Positions 9,417 through 16,719 of a DNA stretch of 56,384 nt are shown in pieces. Below the pieces are notes generated by a model. That model was not told where the DNA came from and ran no database searches. It saw only the letters and a program-made list of their open reading frames with translations. The position numbers were made by a program, and so were the translations under genes. Within the stretch, counting starts at the first letter, position 1, and each line of letters opens with the position of its first letter. The stretch lies in assembly GCA_021791815.1 (NCBI GenBank), contig JAJYVV010000001.1:1-56384 (forward strand), written 5' to 3'. This stretch comes from Bacillota bacterium (GTDB lineage: Bacteria; Bacillota; Sulfobacillia; RBS10-35; JAJYVN01).

Positions 9417-10667
9417 TCAGCGACCGCCTGCGGAAAGACAACAGTGCTTATACTTGCGGCCACTGCCGCAGGGGCAGGGATCGTTGCGCCCGACGCGCCA
9501 GCGCGCGGCGTCGGCGCGCTCCATTTCGGCCATGATTTCCGCAGGGGCGCTGCCCCGCCGCCAGAGTATCGCCAGACGGCGCAGGTGCGGCGCGGCGTGG
9601 TGGAAGAAGTCCCTGAAGCCCGCGCAAAGGTAGTTGAGGCCAGGCTCGCCGTCGGCGCTCAGGATGAAACGATCCTTCGGGCAGCCGCCGTTGCAGATGA
9701 AGCGCACGTCGCATTGCCGGCAGACCTGCGGTAGGCCATCCTGCTTGGCCTGGCCAAACGCACGCTGCTCCGGGGACTCGACCATGTCCTCCAGGCTCCG
9801 GTCGGCCAGATTGCCCAGCCGATGTTCCGGGAGCACGAAGTGGTCGCACGCGTAGACATCGCCGTTGTGCTCGATGACCAGCGCCCGTCCGCACGTCTCC
9901 CGCAGCACGCACAGGCGCGCCGGCATCCCGGCCCAGACAGTGGCGCTTTCCTCGAAGAGTTGGATGAACATCCGGCCCACGTCGTGGCGGATCCATTCGT
10001 CAAAGATCGCGCTCAGGAAGGTGCCGAAGTCCTCGGGCAGGACGGATCGGTCGGACACACCCCCACCCGGGAGCCGCTCCACGATCGGGATGAACTGCAG
10101 CCAGGTGACACCCACGTCGCGCAGGAACCGGTACACGGCCAGCGGCTGATCGGCATTGGCCCGGTGAACCGCGCACAGGACGTTGTACTCGACGCCATGG
10201 CGCTGCAGGACGTCAAGGCCGCGCATCACGCCGGCATGGCTGGGCCTGCCGCGCCTGTCCACACGGTAGCGATCGTGCAGTTCGGGCGGACCGTCGATGC
10301 TGATGCCCACGAGAAATCCATGGCGCTGCAGGAAGTCGCCCCACTCGTCGTCCAGCAGCGTGCCGTTGGTCTGCAGGGCGTTGGTGCAGGTCCAGCCCGC
10401 GGGCAGGTGCTCCCGCTGCAGGGCCGCCACCCGCCGGAAAAAGTCCAGACCCTGCAGGGTGGGTTCGCCGCCCTGCCAGGCGAAGTCCACGCGCGGCCCG
10501 GGCTGGGCCGCGATGTAGTCGTGGATGTACCGTGCGAGCAGGTCGGGCGCCATGCGGCGGTCGGCGGCCCTGGCGAAAAGCGCGTCCTTGCGCAGATAGT
10601 AGCAGTACGCACACTCCAGGTTGCAGACCGGTCCCACGGGCTTGGCCATGACGTGAAAGGGAAGCAT
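9417..10667 (-). CDS. radical SAM/SPASM anaerobic sulfatase-maturating-enzyme-like protein with C-terminal SEC-C motif
   Basis: Start at ATG 10667 (MLPFHVMAKPVGPVCNLECAYCYY = CxxxCxxC). The SPASM Cys cluster is present (CRQCDVRFICNGGCPKDR). The C-terminal tail NDPCPCGSGRKYKHCC is a SecA-type SEC-C metal-binding motif. Confidence 0.85.
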   Translation of the reverse strand: MLPFHVMAKPVGPVCNLECAYCYYLRKDALFARAADRRMAPDLLARYIHDYIAAQPGPRVDFAWQGGEPTLQGLDFFRRVAALQREHLPAGWTCTNALQTNGTLLDDEWGDFLQRHGFLVGISIDGPPELHDRYRVDRRGRPSHAGVMRGLDVLQRHGVEYNVLCAVHRANADQPLAVYRFLRDVGVTWLQFIPIVERLPGGGVSDRSVLPEDFGTFLSAIFDEWIRHDVGRMFIQLFEESATVWAGMPARLCVLRETCGRALVIEHNGDVYACDHFVLPEHRLGNLADRSLEDMVESPEQRAFGQAKQDGLPQVCRQCDVRFICNGGCPKDRFILSADGEPGLNYLCAGFRDFFHHAAPHLRRLAILWRRGSAPAEIMAEMERADAARWRVGRNDPCPCGSGRKYKHCCLSAGGR

Positions 10668-10867
10668 CCGCGCCCCTCCCCTGCGTGCGGGCATTGCACG
10701 CCGGATGAGGGGATCCCCGTCAGGGCGCCGGGTCCGAACGGACCGAACACAGGGGCCTGTGGCCCGGCTGTTCCCCGCACGTGGCGGCCCCTGAACGACC
10801 GTGGACCGCCTCGCTCGGGCGGGGATTTGGTGGCGGTGGGTGGAGGCCAAGGGCGGGGTTGCCGTCG

Positions 10868-10957
10868 GCGTGGCCGCGATACATCGACACGCTGCTGGGG
10901 GCCTCCGTGGTCGACGGATATGCGAATGGGACGTTCCGGCCCGACGGGACGCTGACG
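10868..10957 (+). pseudogene. S-layer homology (SLH) domain remnant
   Basis: AWPRYIDTLLGASVVDGYANGTFRPDGTLT matches the core of an SLH repeat (..W..YI..L...G.v.GY.DGTFRP...lT). There is no plausible start, and the similarity ends after about 30 aa. Confidence 0.35.
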
Positions 10958-11313
10958 GGGGTGCATCCCACGAATGTGGGGGTCAGGCCCCCTTTCCGCA
11001 GCGGAGCCAGGTCGCATGGGGAGGGGCGTTCCATCCGGAAGCGATGGGCCAAGAAGGCCTGCCAGCACCGGAGCAGGGATAGGGCCACGGCACGCAGGGC
11101 CAGCACGGCACACGCGCCGGGAACGGACCAGTGCATTTGTCGGCCGTCGCCAGCGGCCACAGCGACCATGGAGCGTCAGGCGCGTACGGTCCGCGTTCGA
11201 GTCTCAGGGAGTGGTGTAAAGCCCCGCCGACGGCCGAGGTCGCTCCCGGGCCCACCGCGGGTTTCCTGGCGAAGTGGACCAGCACGTCCCTTCGTGAGGC
11301 GGGACCCTGACCG

Positions 11314-11487
11314 ATGGCCGACGAGCTGAGCATCGCGTTGCTGGACCTGCCGCGCGAGGCCGATCCCGCGGAGCGCACCGACTTCGTGCGGCAGGCGGTG
11401 GAGCGCCTGGCCCAGGCGATCGTCGAGGTCGAGCGGAAGGTCTGGCGATGCCGGTCCTTCTGGTCCGAGCGCTGCGTGGAGCCATGA
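11314..11487 (+). CDS. small hypothetical protein (57 aa) or gene remnant
   Basis: ATG..TGA frame below the track size cut-off. Codon usage looks genuine (gcc gac gag ctg agc atc gcg..): MADELSIALLDLPREADPAERTDFVRQAVERLAQAIVEVERKVW.. The SD is weak and no family is recognised. Confidence 0.3.
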   Translation: MADELSIALLDLPREADPAERTDFVRQAVERLAQAIVEVERKVWRCRSFWSERCVEP

Positions 11488-11635
11488 TATTCCATCCGCG
11501 TACGTTAGGCGATAAACCATTCGCCTGTTGGCAGCTCATGCCGGGCCATCATGGAGTCATGACAGCTCGGGGGGAGCGGGCGGGGCGCGTTCCCCGCCGC
11601 GCTCCGGCGGCAGGGGCGGGGCGCATGGCCACGGT

Positions 11636-12361
11636 TCAGACCGCTTGGAGCGCCGCCGCAACGGCGGCCACGGCCGCGCGCACGGCGGGCGTGGGGTCGT
11701 GCTCGTCCGCCTCATACTCCAGGACGTAGGCGGTGGAGAAGCCGGACCGCGCGAGGGCCCGCAGGGTGGCCGGGAGGTCCAGGCGCCCGGCCCCGGGCGC
11801 CACCTCCGCGCCGGCGGCCGTGAAGTCCTTCAGGTGGACGGCGAGGGCGCGCGCCCCGAGCCGCACGACCGCCTCGACCGGGTCCTGGCCGGCGCGGAGG
11901 AAATGGCCGGTGTCCACGCACGCGCCGAAGCAGGCCGGCATGCCCTCGACCTGCGCCAGCACCGTGTCCACGGTGCTGTAGTGGTGGCCGGGGCCGTGGT
12001 TGTGGATGCCCAGGCGCAGGCCGCACGCTTCGGCGTGCGCGATCGCGGCCCGTTGCGCGGCGCGGTCGTCCGGCCGTACGTCGATGCTCACGTAGTCGCA
12101 GCCGAGTCCGTGGGCGAAGCGCAGGTCGCGCTCCGCGCCGTCCGGGCCGACGCCGACGACCCCGTAGCCGCAGAAGCGGATGCCGTGCGCCCGCGCGTGG
12201 GCCAACACGGCGTCGACCTCGGCCTGCGGCGTGTCCGCCGGCAGATGGCCGGGGAAGACCTCGAGCGCGCGGCAGCCGACCGCCGCGGCTTCCTCGATCG
12301 CCCTGCGCAGGGGGAACCTCCGGTACGTGTAGCTCTGGAGTCCGACGTCGGCCGACCTCAC
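11636..12361 (-). CDS. sugar phosphate isomerase/epimerase (xylose isomerase-like TIM barrel)
   Basis: GTG 12361 with GGCGAGGGGG 7 nt upstream, 26 nt after the stop of the upstream oxidoreductase. Typical motifs are present (..GLRLGIHNHGPGHHY.., ..VDTGHF.., ..AVHLKDF..). Confidence 0.8.
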   Translation of the reverse strand: MRSADVGLQSYTYRRFPLRRAIEEAAAVGCRALEVFPGHLPADTPQAEVDAVLAHARAHGIRFCGYGVVGVGPDGAERDLRFAHGLGCDYVSIDVRPDDRAAQRAAIAHAEACGLRLGIHNHGPGHHYSTVDTVLAQVEGMPACFGACVDTGHFLRAGQDPVEAVVRLGARALAVHLKDFTAAGAEVAPGAGRLDLPATLRALARSGFSTAYVLEYEADEHDPTPAVRAAVAAVAAALQAV

Positions 12362-12387
12362 ACGGACACCCCCTCGCCTGTTGCCGC

Positions 12388-13449
12388 TCAGGCGCCGATC
12401 CCGCTGGCGCGCAGCTTCTCGCGCACGTTCACCGTCGCCTGCCGCTCGCTCGCCTCGATAGCGGCGAAGAGCATGGCGGTGCTCTTGATGTTGTCGGAGA
12501 GCTGGGTCTCCGGGGCCGGCCCGCCCTGGAACCACGCCAGGGCGTCGTGGATGATGTGCAGGTGGCCGTCGTAGGTCGGCCGCACCTGCTCGATCTCCTC
12601 GGTCCGCACCCGCCCCCCGCCCAGGTGCCGCACGACGCGCACGACCTGGTCGGCGCCGACGGACACCGCCCCGTCCTCGCACTCCACGCGGTAGCGCTCC
12701 TGGTGCCACGAGTTCTGCGCCGAAGCCGCGAGGCAGGAACCCTCGTAGTTGCCCATCACGCCGTTCGTCATCTGACAGACATACTGGGCCATGCACTCGC
12801 CGTCGAACGAGGGGTGCCCGGGCGACCACTCGCGGCCCGAGATCCATTCGCAATCCGCGCCCGCCAGGTTGCGGATCTGGTCGAAGTGGTGGATCGCGCC
12901 CTCCAGGAGGAGCGAGTGCCGGATCTCGTGCCGGAAGCGGCCCCAGGAGTGGCGCACGCGGTAGTCCGCGGCGAAGCGGGCCATGATGTAGCGGGGGCGG
13001 CCCAGCGCCCCGTCGCTCAGGACCTTCTTCACGGTCATGATCCTCGGCGTATAGCGGTAGTTCTGGATGACCGCCATCTTGCGCCCGGCCTCCGTGACGG
13101 CCCGCCAGACGTCGACCGCCGCCTCCCAGGTGTCCGCGATGGGCTTTTCGCTGAACACGTGCATGCCGCGGCGGAGCGCGTGCAGGACCGCCTCCCGGTG
13201 GTGGGCCGGCGGGATGACGACGATGGCGAAATCGGCGTCCGCCCGGGCGAAGGCATCCTCCATCCGCGCGTAGCGGGCCTCCGGCGGGAGGTGGAGGAAG
13301 TCGGCCGCATCCTGCAGCGTCTGGGGCACGACGTCACAGAGGCCCACGACCTCCATCTCGGACGAGAACCGGGGGAGCATGTGCCGGATCCAGCCCCCCG
13401 CCATCCCCCCGGCGCCGATCATCAGGGCACGCAGTTTGGGCACGGCCAT
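12388..13449 (-). CDS. Gfo/Idh/MocA family oxidoreductase
   Basis: N-terminal Rossmann motif LRALMIGAGGMAG. The EKP motif is present (VFSEKPIADT). Full-length 353-aa ORF. Confidence 0.9.
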   Translation of the reverse strand: MAVPKLRALMIGAGGMAGGWIRHMLPRFSSEMEVVGLCDVVPQTLQDAADFLHLPPEARYARMEDAFARADADFAIVVIPPAHHREAVLHALRRGMHVFSEKPIADTWEAAVDVWRAVTEAGRKMAVIQNYRYTPRIMTVKKVLSDGALGRPRYIMARFAADYRVRHSWGRFRHEIRHSLLLEGAIHHFDQIRNLAGADCEWISGREWSPGHPSFDGECMAQYVCQMTNGVMGNYEGSCLAASAQNSWHQERYRVECEDGAVSVGADQVVRVVRHLGGGRVRTEEIEQVRPTYDGHLHIIHDALAWFQGGPAPETQLSDNIKSTAMLFAAIEASERQATVNVREKLRASGIGA

Positions 13450-13643
13450 CCGCTCCTCGCAAGGGCGATCGGCGGCCCCGCGGACCGCCTTCGTGCGGCG
13501 CTACGACGCCCCGGCGCCCATCCCCTGCGGCCACCGGCCAGCCGGGTGGGACGGCGCCTGGGGAGGCCGCGTGCCGCTCGGGACCAGGGGGGACGGGCGG
13601 GGAGACGCCCTGCGGTGGGCGGGCAGGGGGCGCCGGAGCCGGT

Positions 13644-14261
13644 TCAACGGCCGGCGGCCGCGCCGTCGCCCCACGCCGGCGTCCCCGCCGGCACGGCGGG
13701 GGCCGGGACCGCCCGACCTTCGGCCGGCCGGCCGTCGAGGGCGGCCAGCCCGCCCGTCGCGGCGGCGATGCCGACCGCATGGAGCGGCATGGGGCCGGCC
13801 GCCGTCCTGTCGTGCGCCGGCTCGGCGGCGAGCGCCGCCGCCGCGCGCGGATCCGGCAGCCGCAGGCGGAGGGCCCGGAGCGCCGTGCGGCGGACGCGCT
13901 TGCTGCGATCGAACCGGGCGAGGCGAACCAGGTGGGGCACGGGATCGAGGCCGAACGCGGCGCTCCGCAGCGGGTCGGCCAGCGTGCGCAGGGCGAGCAG
14001 CCGGACGGCCGCCGTGCGGTCGTGCGTCGCGCCCACGATCGCCGCCGCCACGCCGCGATAGCCTCCGTCCGCGAGGAGGTGGGCGCACCAGCGCCGGACC
14101 CCGTCGCGGGAGTGGTTGGCGAGTCCCCGCTCCAGGGCCGGCACCGCCGAGCGCCCGAGCGCCCGCAACTGGGCCACGGCGCGCATCCGCCTCGTGGCCT
14201 CCGGCGCGGCGAGCATCTCGACGAGGGCCCACGCCGGACCAGGATCGGTCTCAGCGGACAT
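13644..14261 (-). CDS. HEAT-repeat protein
   Basis: Start trimmed to ATG 14261 (GGGAGG upstream). It has repeated helical units with the ..R..A..AL..LG.. pattern (RMRAVAQLRALGRSAVPAL.., VRLLALRTLADP.., VRRTALRALRL..). Confidence 0.65.
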   Translation of the reverse strand: MSAETDPGPAWALVEMLAAPEATRRMRAVAQLRALGRSAVPALERGLANHSRDGVRRWCAHLLADGGYRGVAAAIVGATHDRTAAVRLLALRTLADPLRSAAFGLDPVPHLVRLARFDRSKRVRRTALRALRLRLPDPRAAAALAAEPAHDRTAAGPMPLHAVGIAAATGGLAALDGRPAEGRAVPAPAVPAGTPAWGDGAAAGR

Positions 14262-14411
14262 GGATTCCTGGCCTCCCCGGACGAGACGGTCCCGACCGGG
14301 TTCGACGATCGGGCCGGGCCCCTTCCACCGGCCGCGTGTCGCCTCCTGCCGATTTGCCGTCGAATCGCTCGACACCCGGACGCCCGCCGAGGCCCGGGAC
14401 CGCGGCCCCCG

Positions 14412-15029
14412 TCAGGAGCGGACCTCCGGCGGGAGGTGGGCGACGTCGTTGCAGGTGTGCAGGACGGTGCGGCCGGCGGCGACCGTGAGGCGGCTCATGG
14501 CGCCGTTGTCCTGGGCGAAGCCCACGGCGCCGTCGACCCGCGCCCGGAGCCACGTGCAGAGGAGCATGGCGTTGAAGGTGCCATGGGCGACGACGGCCAC
14601 GCGCTCGCCGGGCAGCGCCGAGACGCGACGCACCACCCGCGCGGCGCGGGCCCACCCCGCGGCGGCGTCCTCCGGGCCCGGATACGACCAACCCGCCTCG
14701 GGCATGTCCGGCTCGAGCTCGGCCCGGGGGAACAGCCGCCGCAGCTCGTCGCGCGGGCTGCTGGAGTACGGCTGCCAGCCGTTCATCTCGACGAGGTCGT
14801 TCCAGACGAGCAGCGGCGCGCCGGTCGCCGCGGCGATGGCCGACGCGGTCTCCAGCGCCCGGAGCAGCGGGCTCGAGAGGATCGGCGCCGGCCGCTCGGC
14901 ACGCAGCGCGGCGGCCAGCGCCGCCGCCTGGGCCCGGCCCAGGTCGGTCAAGCCCGGGTTGTGCAGGCGGGCGCCGGTCAGGTTGCCGATGGTCTGGCCG
15001 TGGCGGATCAGGTAGACTTCACTGGCCAT
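14412..15029 (-). CDS. histidine phosphatase family (phosphoglycerate-mutase-like) protein
   Basis: The catalytic RHG motif lies at the N-terminus (VYLIRHGQTIGN). ..SSPLLRALETA.. and ..VVAHGTF.. are typical of the family. Confidence 0.85.
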   Translation of the reverse strand: MASEVYLIRHGQTIGNLTGARLHNPGLTDLGRAQAAALAAALRAERPAPILSSPLLRALETASAIAAATGAPLLVWNDLVEMNGWQPYSSSPRDELRRLFPRAELEPDMPEAGWSYPGPEDAAAGWARAARVVRRVSALPGERVAVVAHGTFNAMLLCTWLRARVDGAVGFAQDNGAMSRLTVAAGRTVLHTCNDVAHLPPEVRS

Positions 15030-15148
15030 CCTGGCGCGCCTCCCCCGCCCGCGGTCCCAGCCTTCTTCGGTCGGCCGCCGGCCGGACCTGCGCGGCGCCG
15101 TGTCCCCGGCCCCGGACGGGGCCGCGGCCGAAGGGAGGGCCCGGAGCG

Positions 15149-15937
15149 CTGCCGCCCCTGGGGACCCTGCTATTCCTTCCCGTCGTCGGCTGCGGGATCG
15201 GCATCCTCGCCGGGCTGTTCGGCATCGGGGGCGGCGTGCTCGCCGTGCCCGCGCTGACGCTGCTCATGCACAAGAGCCAGCATCTCGCCGAGGGCACGAG
15301 TCTGGCCGTCATCCTGCCCACGACCGCCCTCGGCGCGTACCGGTACGCCCGCCGGGGCTCCGTCCGCTGGGCGGCCGCCGCGGCGGTCGGCGGGGCCGCT
15401 GCCGTCACGGGCTTCGCCACCGCGCACGTGGCGCTCCGGCTCCCGGGCTCCCTCCTCCGCGACCTCTTCGCCTGCTTCCTGCTGTTCCTCGCGTGGCGAA
15501 CGGCCTCCGCGGCGCGCGGCGGCCCCCCGGGTTCCGCCGCGCCGTCGCCCGCGCGCCGGCCGTCCTGGCTCCGCCGTCAGGCGGTCGCCGGCCAGGCGGG
15601 GATCGGCCTGGCGACGGGCGCGCTGGCCGGGCTCCTGGGCGTGGGCGGCGGAACCATCGTCATCCCCGGCCTGGTCCTCCTGTATGACTTCACCGCGCAG
15701 GCGGCCCAGGGCACGTCCCTCGCCGCGCTGGTGCTGTCCTCGGCGTCCGGGGCGGCGGGGTACGCCGTGGCCGGGTCCGTCGACTGGGTGGCCGCCGCGG
15801 CCCTCTTCGTGGGCGCGGCCGTCACGGTGCCCCTGGGCGCCCGCATCGCGCACCGCCTGCCCGACCGCCAGTTGCGCCGCATCTTCGCGGCCTTCCTCGT
15901 GGCGGTCGCCGCGGCCGAGGTGGCGAGCCGCCTCTGA
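15149..15937 (+). CDS. TauE/SafE family sulfite/anion exporter (probable non-canonical CTG start; canonical GTG at 15236)
   Basis: Multi-TM protein with duplicated G-x-G-G-G motifs. The first one (GLFGIGGGVLAVPAL) is encoded upstream of the first ATG/GTG/TTG (15236). An in-frame CTG at 15149 sits 9 nt after AAGGGAGGG (15131..15139). Confidence 0.7.
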   Translation: MPPLGTLLFLPVVGCGIGILAGLFGIGGGVLAVPALTLLMHKSQHLAEGTSLAVILPTTALGAYRYARRGSVRWAAAAAVGGAAAVTGFATAHVALRLPGSLLRDLFACFLLFLAWRTASAARGGPPGSAAPSPARRPSWLRRQAVAGQAGIGLATGALAGLLGVGGGTIVIPGLVLLYDFTAQAAQGTSLAALVLSSASGAAGYAVAGSVDWVAAAALFVGAAVTVPLGARIAHRLPDRQLRRIFAAFLVAVAAAEVASRL

Positions 15938-16017
15938 GCGGGTGGCGCCGCGCCCCGCATTGGGCTACAGTCCTATCGGCGTCGGCGCCGCTCGGCCGGC
16001 GGCGGAGGTGACGGCGC

Positions 16018-16704
16018 GTGGAACAACCGGCCGCGGCCCCGTCGGAGGGACCGGCACGCGCCGCGGGTGGCGGCGCGCCGGATGCGGGACGGTCGGGGTC
16101 GGATGCCCGGCCGGGCCTGGCGATCCCCCCCCAGCCCAAGGAAGCGAACCTCTGGCGCCTCATCCTCGGAGCGGGCGTCTTCGCGTTGCTGCTGGTCGTG
16201 GGTCTCCTGCAGGCGGCGGCCCACGGATGGCTGCCGGAGCAGCTCATCGCGACCATCGAGGGCAGCCAGGGCATTCCCGACACGACCAATCCCGAGACCA
16301 TGGCCCTGGGGGCGATCCCCGTCTCCGAGGTCACGTGCGGCCTGGCGAGTCGGCCCCCGGGCGGCGTCTGCGTGCTGCAGTTCCTCGACGAGCGCGGCGA
16401 CCTGGTGTGGCCGAGCCTGGACGTGCCGGTTCCCGCCACGTGGCTGCGGGCGCAGACCGGCGTGGGGGCGGCCAACCAGGCCGCGCTGCTTTACGCGCTG
16501 GTCCAGTCGCCGTATTCGCCCCCGAACGATCCCGAGCTGGACGGCCTCCCCATCAGCGTCGATCCGTCGCTCGGCTCGGTGCTGGCCCAGGCCGGCGTCA
16601 CCCCGACGGCGTTTCTGGCCTGGCTCTACCGCAACGTGCCCGACCAACACCGGCCGCCCTGGGTGCCCGGCGGCGTCAACCCCGCCAACAACCCCGACTA
16701 CTGA
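16018..16704 (+). CDS. hypothetical membrane-anchored protein
   Basis: GTG start with GGCGGAGGTGA 7 nt upstream. There is one N-terminal TM helix (LWRLILGAGVFALLLVVGLL) and a non-repetitive C-terminal domain. No family recognised. Confidence 0.6.
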   Translation: MEQPAAAPSEGPARAAGGGAPDAGRSGSDARPGLAIPPQPKEANLWRLILGAGVFALLLVVGLLQAAAHGWLPEQLIATIEGSQGIPDTTNPETMALGAIPVSEVTCGLASRPPGGVCVLQFLDERGDLVWPSLDVPVPATWLRAQTGVGAANQAALLYALVQSPYSPPNDPELDGLPISVDPSLGSVLAQAGVTPTAFLAWLYRNVPDQHRPPWVPGGVNPANNPDY

Positions 16705-16719
16705 AGCGATGGGCCGCGC

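Noticed and set aside
11160-11215. tRNA-like T-loop motif (GTCCGCGTTCGAGTCTC) and possible group II intron domain V-like segment
   Set aside because: The flanking bases do not pair into a T-arm or an acceptor stem. There is no anticodon arm or CCA context. A D5-like helix cannot be drawn without mismatches.
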